Below are positions 46,425 through 57,085 of a DNA stretch of 64,000 bases, piece after piece. The notes under the pieces are model-generated. The model did no database searches. It was not told where the DNA came from and was given only the letters and a program-made list of their open reading frames with translations. The first letter of the stretch is position 1. Each line of letters begins with the position of its first letter. Position numbers and translations under genes: made by a program. The DNA comes from a virus: IMG/VR virus record IMGVR_UViG_3300044878_000082, positions 1-64,000 of that record; one strand, 5' to 3'.

Positions 46425-48659
46425 ATGTTTTCCACCTTTAACCAGCCCAACGTGAATCAACTGCCGGTCTCGGCAACTGAAGTTAACCAGCAGTACTACT
46501 GTGCCGGTGCTCCGTATCAGGTTCCTTTCAAGAACGCGTTCCCTGACATCGTCAACGGCTACGTGATCAAGATGTTGCAGGACAGCGCTTTCAAGAACCC
46601 ACTGCGGATCTTCTTGTTCAACATGGCCAGCGCCAATGGCTATCAGAACGAGCTGTACCAGATGTTGGTAGCTTCGACTACCGCGCTGGCAGAAGCTCTC
46701 GCAGTTACGACCCAGGGGAACTCCCAGGAGCAACTCGTACTCAACGCTTCAAACGAAGTCGTTGCTTGTGCCACCGCAATGATGGCAAATCAATATCCCT
46801 CCCTGAAGAACATGATGGGTCAGGGTATTGAAGTTGAGATCAACCGTCTGATGTCTCGTCACCAGCAGATCGGGCAACTGATCGCGCAGGTGCAGCAACA
46901 GCAACAAAGCTTCGCCCAACCACAACCGCAAGGTCAGTGGGGCGGTGGCCACAACCAGTTCTCCCAACCGCAACAAGGTAGCTGGCCTCAGCAAGCTCAA
47001 GGTGCTTGGCCACAGAACCGTGCTCCAGCGCCAGCAGCAAACCCTAACATCAACTGGGGTCGCTTCGCTGGTGGTGCAGTTAACGCTCCACCTGCTGCAA
47101 GTACGTTCAACCCTAATGCGGGTGGTTACCAAGGTCGTGGGGGTCTGAGTGCAGCTCCGGCCCTCCCAGCACCTACACCAGCACCACAGGCAGCACCAGC
47201 AGCGTCTTCGGATTCCTTCGGGGGCGGTCAGTGGGGTGGTCGTAGCAGTTCCGATTGGCCAAAGCGTGCTGCTCCGGCAGCTCAGCCGAGTGCCATCGTT
47301 GAGGAAATGTTCCAGGACATGGGGACTCCAGCCATGCAACCGATCGAAAATGCTCAACAGAAGGCTTTCGCCGAAAGCGTACAGCGCCAACAGCAGAAGC
47401 CAGTACCTGAACCTTACATCGAGCCTACTCAGGCACCGGTGGCCACTCAAAGCCCTGGCGGTGTAACCAACCACGATACGATTGACGAATCCCGTCCTTA
47501 CGATCTGGTGCAACTGGACAGCGGTGTTGAAATCCGTCCTGCGCATCTCAGCCCGTGGAAACGTACCTGGACTATCGAGGCACCATGGGATATGGCCTTC
47601 GATCCAAACACCCACATGAAGTTCCACGTTCGTACTCCGGATGGCGTGGTGAAAGAAGTTGTCAAGGCAATCGCGCCTCAGGAAGCTGAGAAAATGGAAT
47701 ACCTGCAACACGAAATCAAGCAACGTACCCCGTACGTCCTGGACCCATCCAAGAAAGTCGTTCCAGTAGACTGGGATGAAGTAGCGACTCTGGATGCTCC
47801 ACAAGTAGTAATGGCGGACGATGGGGAAACCACTCCTGTGGAGAACCCTGAAGTGAAGATCATTCCGACCGAGCTGGGGGCACACTCGTTCGATGAGGCT
47901 GAGATCAAATACCTCAATGAAGTCATTGCGGTGGGATCTGAGCACTTCGACGGCAAAGTGCGTGAGTACTACTACCGGGACATGAAGCCAGTCAACGTTG
48001 ATGGCAACATGATCGGTGTGATGGTAGAGCTGAGCAAGAAACAAACGCTGAGCGCTGCTGCCAAGTTCCTGCGTGAACACCAAGAGAACGACGAGATCAC
48101 TCCTCGTCTGTACAACATCCTGAACAAGGAGCTGACTGCACGGGTGAACCAAGCCCTGAGCGTGAACCTGGGTTATGGCAACCAGTGCGTGATCGAGGAT
48201 TTCGTCCTCGACATCGACGATCTGGGCAACGAGCTGCACAACGATGCAATGGGTCTGCTGTGGTCTCTGCTGAACACAGAGCGCGCGTCGGACATCCTCA
48301 ACTCTGTAACCAACATCCTCAAAGGTGAGGAGTACTGGGACTACCTGGACAAACTGGGCAAGAACCTCAACAAGGAACACAAGGCAGACGTGATGCAAGT
48401 GCTGGCTCGTTATGAGCTGAACTCGGTCACTCACCTGCCATGGTCGCTGGAACTATACGCTGGTAAAACAGCAGAAGTCCTGAAGGCCAGCGAAAACCCT
48501 GCGGTACACAAAGCAATGATCGGTCTGTTGACTCGTACTGGGAAGAAACCTACCAAGTTCTCCCACCACTACGTTGTTGACATCAATGGTCGTGTAATGG
48601 AAATCCTGCCAGGCTACCTAGGTTCGAATTCCGTGCTGGTGCGTGCTGCTTCGGTGTAA
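46425..48659 (+). CDS. large protein with central Q/G/P/A low-complexity region
   Basis: GGAG RBS before ATG 46425. Confidence 0.85.
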   Translation: MFSTFNQPNVNQLPVSATEVNQQYYCAGAPYQVPFKNAFPDIVNGYVIKMLQDSAFKNPLRIFLFNMASANGYQNELYQMLVASTTALAEALAVTTQGNSQEQLVLNASNEVVACATAMMANQYPSLKNMMGQGIEVEINRLMSRHQQIGQLIAQVQQQQQSFAQPQPQGQWGGGHNQFSQPQQGSWPQQAQGAWPQNRAPAPAANPNINWGRFAGGAVNAPPAASTFNPNAGGYQGRGGLSAAPALPAPTPAPQAAPAASSDSFGGGQWGGRSSSDWPKRAAPAAQPSAIVEEMFQDMGTPAMQPIENAQQKAFAESVQRQQQKPVPEPYIEPTQAPVATQSPGGVTNHDTIDESRPYDLVQLDSGVEIRPAHLSPWKRTWTIEAPWDMAFDPNTHMKFHVRTPDGVVKEVVKAIAPQEAEKMEYLQHEIKQRTPYVLDPSKKVVPVDWDEVATLDAPQVVMADDGETTPVENPEVKIIPTELGAHSFDEAEIKYLNEVIAVGSEHFDGKVREYYYRDMKPVNVDGNMIGVMVELSKKQTLSAAAKFLREHQENDEITPRLYNILNKELTARVNQALSVNLGYGNQCVIEDFVLDIDDLGNELHNDAMGLLWSLLNTERASDILNSVTNILKGEEYWDYLDKLGKNLNKEHKADVMQVLARYELNSVTHLPWSLELYAGKTAEVLKASENPAVHKAMIGLLTRTGKKPTKFSHHYVVDINGRVMEILPGYLGSNSVLVRAASV

Positions 48660-48668
48660 GTGAAACGG

Positions 48669-48700
48669 TGAGGGGGACTTCGGTCCCCTTTACTATGCCC
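48669..48700 (+). terminator. terminator with TATGCC tag
   Basis: AGGGGGAC-TTCG-GTCCCCTT-TTACTATGCCC. Confidence 0.8.
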
Positions 48701-48723
48701 ACCACCTTCTATATAGGAACCGT

Positions 48724-49017
48724 ATGGATAACATGCGCCGTCGTGACTTTGTTAAGGTCATGAAATGCGAAAAGATGTTGTTAGGGCAACCTGTACTGAG
48801 CTACTGTGATAACTACGTCACCGTGGCTTTTGACTTCTACCCACGCGCACATGACTATGAGCGCTTTGAGCAGGCTGGCTGGGTAGTACACGGACACCTA
48901 GGTCACAATGACCTGTGTCTGAACATCCACAACCGTAAGTTCTTCGAAGTGACCTTCCGCCGAGTGGCCCGTGATACCTATATCGGTGCTAGCCCGGTTT
49001 CAATCGAATACCAGTAA
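48724..49017 (+). CDS. hypothetical protein
   Basis: AGGA RBS. Confidence 0.65.
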   Translation: MDNMRRRDFVKVMKCEKMLLGQPVLSYCDNYVTVAFDFYPRAHDYERFEQAGWVVHGHLGHNDLCLNIHNRKFFEVTFRRVARDTYIGASPVSIEYQ

Positions 49018-49038
49018 TGCAACCTTTATTTAGGAAAC

Positions 49039-49488
49039 GTGCGAATGGCCGTTGAAAACGATGTAACTGATGTAGCTTTCCAACACGAGACTATCGTGAA
49101 GAACATGTATCAACTCAGTGCTGGTCCTTTACTGAGCTTTCTCTCCAAGGTGTACAGTATCGACAAGGCACCGTTCACCGAGGAAACTGAAGCCGTCAAG
49201 ACCCACATCTACTGGGGCTTTGATCGTACCTTCAACATCCATCTTAAGAAATCCGATGGTCACGAGTGTATCTTCAAGATCATTCCAAGCCCTCGGTCGA
49301 ATGATCGCATTCGCATTCAGTGTTCGGTCCCGATGTCGGTCCTGAGTTCGAAACGTAAGAATAGTCAGGCAATTGGCCTACCGTACTGGTTCCACCGTTT
49401 GATCCTGTTGTACTCGAAGACTATTCGAACCAACAGACCCGCAGAAGGCACCATGTTGCCACACTGCTCCTTCCCAACTTTCTTCTAA
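49039..49488 (+). CDS. hypothetical protein
   Basis: AGGA RBS; start may be ATG 49045. Confidence 0.65.
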   Translation: MRMAVENDVTDVAFQHETIVKNMYQLSAGPLLSFLSKVYSIDKAPFTEETEAVKTHIYWGFDRTFNIHLKKSDGHECIFKIIPSPRSNDRIRIQCSVPMSVLSSKRKNSQAIGLPYWFHRLILLYSKTIRTNRPAEGTMLPHCSFPTFF

Positions 49489-49509
49489 TCCCTAACCTGA
49501 GTAGGTTTT

Positions 49510-49914
49510 ATGGCTCTCACAATTCTGCTTTTCAAAGACACCCCGTTCGAAGACGTACACAGCCAAACCGAACATTTCCTGAGTCTGCTCAGCATCTGCG
49601 ACGGCAAACACATCCGTGGCACCTGTAAGCACACCACGTTCGACGTTGACGGGATTGTGCAACATGGTTACATCCTCGACATCGAAGACGAGGTCATCCA
49701 CACCGACGACCTGTGGGTTATCTACGTGGGTCTCGAAAACGCGGTCGATCCCAAGTTCCGTGAACTGGGTACGGAAGTGTCGAACATGGTTGGTGCACCT
49801 ATGCTGATCGGCTACGTAGTGGCTGGTAACGGCGTGCTTCAATACAGTGGCGGCGCTAAGTACATCCGCGATCTCCACGCTACACATCGGCGGGCTGACA
49901 TAGCCGCTGTCTAA
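49510..49914 (+). CDS. hypothetical protein
   Basis: AGGT RBS. Confidence 0.7.
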   Translation: MALTILLFKDTPFEDVHSQTEHFLSLLSICDGKHIRGTCKHTTFDVDGIVQHGYILDIEDEVIHTDDLWVIYVGLENAVDPKFRELGTEVSNMVGAPMLIGYVVAGNGVLQYSGGAKYIRDLHATHRRADIAAV

Positions 49915-49917
49915 CAC

Positions 49918-49974
49918 ACGGCATAAAAGCAGGGGCTCGCACCCCTGCTTTTTTTTTTTGGCTTTTATGCCGTC
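49918..49974. terminator. bidirectional terminator framed by ACGGCATAAAAG / CTTTTATGCCGT
   Basis: AGCAGGGG...CCCCTGCT, T run, outer 12-bp inverted repeat. Confidence 0.85.
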
Positions 49975-52866
49975 TTAATGGTTGTCTTTCCGAGGACGCT
50001 TGCTGCGTTCCAAGAAGTCTGCCAGTGCACCACCACCGCCATTGGATTGACCCAAGTCGGCTTCTTCACTTACATCCTCCTCTTCTTCCTCAGCATCCGG
50101 TTCAGGCTCTTCTTCCTCTTCCTCAGAAGCGTCAGGTTCCTCCTCCCCTTCGGTGTCGTCTCCAGCGTCGGCATCATCACCGCCTCCTTCGTCGTCACCC
50201 ATATCCCCTAGATCGTCATCTCCACCTAGGTCATCGTCGCCCATGTCATCATCGTCACCACCCATTCCGTCGTCATCGCCGGAAGAGTCGTCGCTGTAGT
50301 CATCACCGCCACTCGAACCACCACCTACTTCGATGTCCTTGTCAGCTTCCACAGCTTCAGTCAACTCGTTGCGTTTCTTTTGAGCTTCCGCAACTTGAAT
50401 CATGTAACCTTGGATACTTGCCGCAATGGCATCAACGTGTTCGGTGTGAGTCGTGAGCAAGTCGATCATCGGGTGCTTCTCTTCCGTGAAGGTCACCAGA
50501 TCAGCCAACTCAGGCATGACGTTGTTGTCACGCAACCACTTACGTTTGAAGTGCGCCAACATGGCCGCCTTCACAACCTCTACCGAATCAGCTTGATCGC
50601 CCAACGAGGTACCATCGAGGAAGTCAGCGTTGAAGTATGCTTCGAGGCACTTCTCCAGACCTTCGATGTACTTGTCGTAAGCTTCCATCTGACGTTCCAG
50701 CGTAATGCTGTCTGGACGTGGTAAGGTTACGGTCAACGAGTTGATGAACTCTGCTACGATGGCATCAACATCCACGTTAACGTCGGTTGGGTCGTTGTCG
50801 TCAGCTTTCGCTGCGTCATCGGCCTTCTGCAACATCTTCTTGTTGGCTTCCACGGTCTTGCGGAGCTTGTCCATCAAGTTACCGGAGTTCAGCACGTACT
50901 TACGGATAAACTCACCCAACAGCGCGGTGAACTTGTCTTGGTACAACATCACTCGTTTGGTCAGCAACAGGTTCGAGGTCACAATAGAAGTAGCGAACTC
51001 AACGTTGTAGCCGTTGTCCACAGTCTCAGGCGACAAGCCCAAGGACATCAGGAACTGCTTCTTCAGGTTGTCTTCGAGGTCAGTGTTCGGTGCAGCTACT
51101 GAACGTTGACGGTCTTCAACTTCCATCCGAGTCTCAGGATACGCAGGAGAACCCTGGACGTTCAAGTCAACGCCTGCGTTTTGCAGGAAGTTAACAATGT
51201 CCACAGGAGAAGACGCACCCAGTGGGTACGACGCCTGACGAGTCTGAGTGTAGTTGTGGACGAGCTTCTCGACAGTACCAGACGGATCTGGGTCAGCCGG
51301 ATCGAGTGTAATGTTCAGACCCGTGTGAGGGGTCGAGTTCTTGATAGCCGCCATGGTGTTGGACAGCATCATCATTACACGCAACGAAGCGAGGATCTTG
51401 TTGTCTTCGAGCAGCGACTTACCCACGCCGTAGCGGTTGTAGTCAAAGGCGAAGTACGTAACCAGTTCCGCAGGCACGAACAGCAACTGAGTGGACATGT
51501 TGGCAAAGGTACGCGCCAGCATGATACGGTACACTTCCAACGGACGAGAGATCTCGATGTTGTCGGCGTAGATACCGTTTCGCAGACGAGCGATCAGGTC
51601 TTCCTCTACGAGCTGTGCGTAGATCCGTGTGGCTTCTTCGGTGTCGATGTCCGAACGTTGTTGGTAGCCTTCAACCGTACGTTGACCTTGGGAGATCAAC
51701 TGACTGGCCATGTCCTTGTTGATGGACATGTTCATGTTCAGATCGTTGTAGTACTCAGACCGGTTAGCCTTCACCACTGGGTTGCCTTGTGGATCGAGAA
51801 TCACAAAGTAGCCGATGTGTTCATCAGGCGAGCCTGGAACGTGTACGGGGATGATCGACTCTGACGGCAGACGCATGACCAGTGGGTGACCCACGGTAGC
51901 ACGTTTGATCTGCTCACCAGTCTTCACACCTACAACTGGACGAGCCGCTTGCAGACGGGGACGGTAGAACGACATTTCGATGTCATCACGAGACACCTCA
52001 TTGTTGGACTCCATACCAAAGCCTTGACGCTTAAAGGTAGCCGCCAAATGCTTACGACGTTGCAGCTCGTGGACGAACGGAGCCTTCAACAGATCCGGGT
52101 TGTCCGAGACCGAGATCTTGGTGTCAAACCCTTTCTTCGCCAGACGTGGACGCAGCATCCGGAAGTTCTGGGTGTAGTACTGGTTCATGTCCTCCATGGA
52201 CACTTTCATGCGGTTCTTCGGTACGGACTTACCGTCTTCGAAGGTGGAGTCACCCAAAACGCCGATGGAGAAGTTGAACAGACCACTGGTGTCAACCCGG
52301 CCTTCCATACCTACACCGGCACGTTCCCCGTTGATGATTTCATCCACAGATGACTCTGGAATGATCATTACAGGGTAGGAGCCCTTCTTAAACAGGACGT
52401 CTGACAAAATACCCGGCAGTTGGGGATCTATTTTATAGACTTTGGTGAAAAATTCTTCGACTACACTGAGGAGTACACCAGTGATCTCCCCCTTCAAAGA
52501 AGACTCGTTACAGACGTAGTTCAACTCCGTCGTAACCATGTCTTTCGGCGAAAGGATACTGCTGACCAGAATCTGTTCTGCCAGCTCGGTATCTGGGAGC
52601 ATCTGGTAAAGGTTTTCTGCATCGGTCACGTTACCGGCGGTAATGTCCGAGACTTTATTCAGATAACCAGTTGTGGGGATGTCGACGCCTCGTGAGGGAC
52701 TGACGGAGTTGCTGTTCCCCAGTGACTCATTGTTCCTTACAAGTTTGCTAACAACAGCGGTGGCTAGGGGCTTCTTCTTGAGCAGCCCGAGTTTCTCGAA
52801 ACGCCGCTTTTGACTATCCAGCCCCAGCATTTGTAGCTGGTTAGAGTCAGAATCAGAACCAGACAT
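49975..52866 (-). CDS. portal protein (phiKZ gp129-like) with acidic C-terminal tail
   Basis: ILVSSILSPKDM, GHPLVMRLPSESIIPVHVPG, YRIMLAR, GLSPETVD; G/S-M-E sites; recalled synteny. Confidence 0.75.
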   Translation of the reverse strand: MSGSDSDSNQLQMLGLDSQKRRFEKLGLLKKKPLATAVVSKLVRNNESLGNSNSVSPSRGVDIPTTGYLNKVSDITAGNVTDAENLYQMLPDTELAEQILVSSILSPKDMVTTELNYVCNESSLKGEITGVLLSVVEEFFTKVYKIDPQLPGILSDVLFKKGSYPVMIIPESSVDEIINGERAGVGMEGRVDTSGLFNFSIGVLGDSTFEDGKSVPKNRMKVSMEDMNQYYTQNFRMLRPRLAKKGFDTKISVSDNPDLLKAPFVHELQRRKHLAATFKRQGFGMESNNEVSRDDIEMSFYRPRLQAARPVVGVKTGEQIKRATVGHPLVMRLPSESIIPVHVPGSPDEHIGYFVILDPQGNPVVKANRSEYYNDLNMNMSINKDMASQLISQGQRTVEGYQQRSDIDTEEATRIYAQLVEEDLIARLRNGIYADNIEISRPLEVYRIMLARTFANMSTQLLFVPAELVTYFAFDYNRYGVGKSLLEDNKILASLRVMMMLSNTMAAIKNSTPHTGLNITLDPADPDPSGTVEKLVHNYTQTRQASYPLGASSPVDIVNFLQNAGVDLNVQGSPAYPETRMEVEDRQRSVAAPNTDLEDNLKKQFLMSLGLSPETVDNGYNVEFATSIVTSNLLLTKRVMLYQDKFTALLGEFIRKYVLNSGNLMDKLRKTVEANKKMLQKADDAAKADDNDPTDVNVDVDAIVAEFINSLTVTLPRPDSITLERQMEAYDKYIEGLEKCLEAYFNADFLDGTSLGDQADSVEVVKAAMLAHFKRKWLRDNNVMPELADLVTFTEEKHPMIDLLTTHTEHVDAIAASIQGYMIQVAEAQKKRNELTEAVEADKDIEVGGGSSGGDDYSDDSSGDDDGMGGDDDDMGDDDLGGDDDLGDMGDDEGGGDDADAGDDTEGEEEPDASEEEEEEPEPDAEEEEEDVSEEADLGQSNGGGGALADFLERSKRPRKDNH

Positions 52867-52913
52867 TATACAACTCCCAGTGACGTTTTAAAAGTTGATT
52901 GGAGGACCTAGAC

Positions 52914-55745
52914 GTGTCCAACGCTTACTATAGACTCTACGTTGACTCCATGATTCTCATGGCGAAAACGATTGTCATCAAGAGTGAAGCGACTGCTAAC
53001 GCGATGAACGTTGGGTTGAACGAACGGGGACTGGACGTTGATGAAAACGATCCAACCACCTGGAAGTACTACCTCAACCTGTCGGGACGTTATCATTCGA
53101 CTGACACACCGATGACAGTGACGTCGTTGGATACTCGTGAAGAGATTCCATTCGATGTCCAAACGCTTTCAGTACATCGCAGAACTTTGCGGGACTACGC
53201 TTTCGGTACACGTTTCTATGAGCAATTGGTTAACCGGTACCCTGAGCAGAGAGATCTGATTCACGGTATCTTGAATCCGGTGGACATTGACGTAGCGATA
53301 GCCGCACCAGATGGTAAGATCCTCTACATCGACCAGTTCCTGATCGAAGAGAACGAAACCAACTTGGTGAGCCAGATCCAAGACCGCATCGACGCATTCA
53401 TGCTACGGTACAACGTGGCTGAGTTCGTTATGGTTGACGACCTCTATCCAGCCGCTCACTTGGCGCTACTGTTCTTAAATTTACCCCTGTTCATTGAGGA
53501 CGCACGACTCACGAACTGTCATACGGAACAGGTTCACAGTTTCCATATTCGACAGTACCTGGCCAGTCACGGGAGACTGGACACGTATATCTCCCACCTC
53601 GACAAAGAGCAGATGCTCTTCCTTTATAGGAACATTCTGTACATCCAGCGCAACGCTGGTAAACAGGATACCTTCGAGTGGTTGATCGACAAAATCATGA
53701 CACACCGCATGTTACCGGTGGCTGAGTTCAATTTACATCATAACGTAAGTGAGCAGCCGGACAACTTGTACCCGACGGTGGAAGTAAAGCGTGTTGACCT
53801 GACGCGCTTTAAGAGTGGCAACCCGATCGACACGTTCTCTGTGGAAGAGATCTGTAACCGAGCAGCGTTTGTAGCGCCCGGTAACTACGATCAACTCGAC
53901 GCTACGATTGCTAAAGTCACCGACCAGATGACCCACAGCTCTAGTAACAAACTCAAGACCAAAATGCTTGAGTCTTCCGTCGTCGACCGCAGTAACGATT
54001 ACGCCCTCACGTTCTCAGACGTGTTGCTGAACCACTGGCTGTACTTTGCTCAAGAAGGTTGGTACAAGACGATCATCTCGTTTGACAACCCCCTGACTGG
54101 CGATCAGTTGTGGTACAGCGCGAAAGATGCGTTCATCTTGTGGATCTACGCCCTCAACCGTTCTCTGGGTCAAGACCTGACTTGGGTTCCAAATCCTGAC
54201 GCGGTGATGGTGCGTAAACAGTTCCTCCCGACCCGTGCTGACCTACGTAAGATCACCGAGTCCAAGCGTGTCCCTGACTCTGTACTGGATGCTTTGCTGA
54301 AAGACCAACCCGTCTTGAATGACTTGGTCTCGGTGGAAGCGTTCTACGACAAGTGTGTTCAGATCCACCATGCGTGGAAAGAGCACAACTGGATCTACAC
54401 CAGTCAGGAACATTACGAGGCCCGTGGTCAAGCCGAAGCGGCTGCACTACACCTGTACCAGAACAAGAACTGTCAGCTCGATAACGGCACGCCGATTACC
54501 TACGACCAATGGTTGCGGGAACATCAGCTTGACGTCACCAACTTCTCTAAAGCGGAGTTTGAGCTGTTAGCGGCTAACCTGCTGGCACTATCCACCGGTA
54601 CCAACTTACACGTCACAGTGAGCTTAGAAGAGCTTCAGGCCGCAATGATTCGCCTGATGACTCAACTGAGCAGTTACTCGGTGCAATTCCTTCGGGAGCT
54701 GCGCGGTACTAACATGATCTCACTGAACTGGTCGGCTATTCGACAAGGTGACGATGACGGTCAGGGTGAGGGTCACATGTACGTGCACGAGGCTAACGTC
54801 TACGTGCAAAACATGGATGGTAAGGGTAGCCACTATCAAGCCGAGACGCTGGACAACGCTACGTTTGAAATCACGAACAGCGCTGGCGAACACGGCGACA
54901 GTGGCAAGTACGACAACACGGTTAACTTCGCGTCTGACGGTTACTCCAAGTTCAAGATGCGTTTGACAATCCCGACCATCTACTGTTCGGTACCGGATGT
55001 CAAACCGCTAGAGCTGGACGACGTCATCAACCAGCAAGCTATTCCGGAATACCTGTACCTGCGGATGGCACCACCGAACATCGGTAACTACATCCACATC
55101 AACACGGTTCTGACTGAAACTGACCTTGACGGGTTTGTGTACTCACCGACTCCGGTGATTCCATGGGCCGACGTAACGTTGAATGGTTTCGACTACCCAC
55201 TGTTCGATGAGACCGCACTCAACCTGAAAGACTTGACCGGTTTCGACTACGACGTGATCCCTGTGGATAAGTTGTTGTTGGCTAACCAACTGAGTGGGTT
55301 CGAGTACGAGGTGTTGGGTGTTAAGCTGGCGCTGACCAACTACCTAGGTGGGTTTGAATACGCCACCATCGACGGCAGACTGTCACTCTCGACGAACCAG
55401 TCTGGGTTTGACTACCGTGAGACACCGGTTCCTCCACTGGATCTGAACCTAGAGCTGAGTGGACTGGAATACAACCCGGTTGTGTTGGAGTTGGATCTGT
55501 TGGACGGCTTGGCGGGCTTGGAATATGAAGTTCCAGCCAAACGTCTGAACCTGAACACCAACCTCAACGGTTATGACTACCCAGTTGCTGATGATCCACT
55601 GTTCATCAACTTGGGCGACTTCGATTACATCCCTGATCTGTCTAACCTGATACTACGCACCCGCTTGCCGGGCTTGGTGTTGAGGCAGGATGATGTTCCG
55701 AAGATGCGTCTTAACGGCTTGGTGTTGAATCCGCCACTCGAGTAA
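52914..55745 (+). CDS. virion structural protein (phiKZ gp128-like) with C-terminal peptide repeat array
   Basis: GGAGG RBS + GTG; TWKYYLNLSG.YH, HSFHIRQYLASHG, LFLYRNI, QLSSYSVQ; divergent from portal. Confidence 0.8.
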   Translation: MSNAYYRLYVDSMILMAKTIVIKSEATANAMNVGLNERGLDVDENDPTTWKYYLNLSGRYHSTDTPMTVTSLDTREEIPFDVQTLSVHRRTLRDYAFGTRFYEQLVNRYPEQRDLIHGILNPVDIDVAIAAPDGKILYIDQFLIEENETNLVSQIQDRIDAFMLRYNVAEFVMVDDLYPAAHLALLFLNLPLFIEDARLTNCHTEQVHSFHIRQYLASHGRLDTYISHLDKEQMLFLYRNILYIQRNAGKQDTFEWLIDKIMTHRMLPVAEFNLHHNVSEQPDNLYPTVEVKRVDLTRFKSGNPIDTFSVEEICNRAAFVAPGNYDQLDATIAKVTDQMTHSSSNKLKTKMLESSVVDRSNDYALTFSDVLLNHWLYFAQEGWYKTIISFDNPLTGDQLWYSAKDAFILWIYALNRSLGQDLTWVPNPDAVMVRKQFLPTRADLRKITESKRVPDSVLDALLKDQPVLNDLVSVEAFYDKCVQIHHAWKEHNWIYTSQEHYEARGQAEAAALHLYQNKNCQLDNGTPITYDQWLREHQLDVTNFSKAEFELLAANLLALSTGTNLHVTVSLEELQAAMIRLMTQLSSYSVQFLRELRGTNMISLNWSAIRQGDDDGQGEGHMYVHEANVYVQNMDGKGSHYQAETLDNATFEITNSAGEHGDSGKYDNTVNFASDGYSKFKMRLTIPTIYCSVPDVKPLELDDVINQQAIPEYLYLRMAPPNIGNYIHINTVLTETDLDGFVYSPTPVIPWADVTLNGFDYPLFDETALNLKDLTGFDYDVIPVDKLLLANQLSGFEYEVLGVKLALTNYLGGFEYATIDGRLSLSTNQSGFDYRETPVPPLDLNLELSGLEYNPVVLELDLLDGLAGLEYEVPAKRLNLNTNLNGYDYPVADDPLFINLGDFDYIPDLSNLILRTRLPGLVLRQDDVPKMRLNGLVLNPPLE
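55095..55742 (+). repeat. 12 tandem ~18-aa protein repeats, core L-x-G-[FLY]-[DEV]-[YL]
   Basis: LDGFVY, LNGFDY, LTGFDY, LSGFEY, LGGFEY, QSGFDY, LSGLEY, LAGLEY, LNGYDY, LGDFDY, LPGLVL, LNGLVL. Confidence 0.9.
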
Positions 55746-55814
55746 CTTACCGTGGACTCTCACACATCCTTTTAACCGAGGGTGTGTGGAGTCCTTTCTT
55801 TTTTTGTCTGAGGA

Positions 55815-57074
55815 GTGAAGATAGTGCTTGACACAATCGGTTTGCTCACCTTATCTCCTCGAGCGGCTTTGCTGGAACTGATCAACTCGCGGAATGACGT
55901 ACAGTTACAGGATGACTGGATTGCCATCTTGAACCCTACGGTTGTCTCGGGTCGTGAAACCGAAGTGACGCTCAAGGTGCGAAAGAGCTTTGATCCGTTC
56001 GCCCCCGTTCCGTTTCAAGGGGAGACCAAATTCACCTATAACCGTTTGGACATCACAGAGTTCTTCATGGGTGCGAAGATCAACCTGACGATGCCCTTAC
56101 CGACGACTACCAGTGCGTTCTTGGAGGTGTTGACCAACGAGTACGGCTACGTGTTTGATTCGGATGATTTCTATGAAGACATCATTACTGTGGCCAATGC
56201 TCATGGCTATCGGTTGCGTGCTACTCCTCGTTCTCTACGGTGGATTGGGGAGTACGCTGTAAACCTGATGCCTCGGGAAGACCTCGAACTGATGGCTAAG
56301 GTAACGGACTTGGGTTCCTTGAATCCAGTGCTGCACCAAGGGCGTCCGTTTGTCACCCACAACAAACCGTTCACTGACGGTCTCTACTACGGTAGTTACC
56401 TCAAGAACATCCGTAAAGGGGTGATCGTTGACGGTGTGTACCTCGCCAGCATCATGGGGAGCATCTATTCCGGCCTCAACGTGGGCGTAGGGAAGACTTG
56501 GACGTACAGTCCTACTGCTGGGCCTAAGAACCTTTACGGTGCTCAGGTGAAGTATAACGGACATGTGGAGGACATTGGGGCTGTTCCGTACAACAAGAAC
56601 GCCACCAAGGTTTTGATCATCGAGCTGAACCCGACGCTCTGTACAGACGTCGCCGGTACACTCGTCATCTATTACAACTCCCGCATCAACGTGGTGATTC
56701 CAGAGTTCCCGATTGTCTACAAGCAACCGGCTGAACTGTTGGGTCTGGGTCAAGTCCACGGGCACAGCTACCCTGCACAGATTGTCCAGTATCCATCGGA
56801 CTACGAGTTCAAAACTGACGGGTTGAACATCGACTTCTTGAACACGATTTATCGTCAAGAGAATGCGGTGGGCGAAGATCGCTTTAAGTGTGTGAAGCGT
56901 CCGTCGCTGAATAACCTCTACGGGGCGAAGGTGTTGTTCAACGGGTACAACCGGAAGTGGCCTGAAGCATACAACGTGTACTTCGGTTACATCTGGGTGA
57001 TCCAACTCAACGAGCAGTACTGTACGAACCTACGGGGCAACCTGTTGATCCACTATAACCTGTCGAAGCTGTAA
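55815..57074 (+). CDS. virion protein of the phiKZ gp130/gp131-like family
   Basis: LLELINSRN, FTYNRLDI, A.P.SLRWIG; duplicated NLYGA.V.[YF]NG...C....G.L.I.YN domain. Confidence 0.75.
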   Translation: MKIVLDTIGLLTLSPRAALLELINSRNDVQLQDDWIAILNPTVVSGRETEVTLKVRKSFDPFAPVPFQGETKFTYNRLDITEFFMGAKINLTMPLPTTTSAFLEVLTNEYGYVFDSDDFYEDIITVANAHGYRLRATPRSLRWIGEYAVNLMPREDLELMAKVTDLGSLNPVLHQGRPFVTHNKPFTDGLYYGSYLKNIRKGVIVDGVYLASIMGSIYSGLNVGVGKTWTYSPTAGPKNLYGAQVKYNGHVEDIGAVPYNKNATKVLIIELNPTLCTDVAGTLVIYYNSRINVVIPEFPIVYKQPAELLGLGQVHGHSYPAQIVQYPSDYEFKTDGLNIDFLNTIYRQENAVGEDRFKCVKRPSLNNLYGAKVLFNGYNRKWPEAYNVYFGYIWVIQLNEQYCTNLRGNLLIHYNLSKL

Positions 57075-57085
57075 GGAGTCTCACT

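Noticed and set aside
46749-48434. 561-aa antisense ORF
   Set aside because: Antisense shadow of 46425-48659
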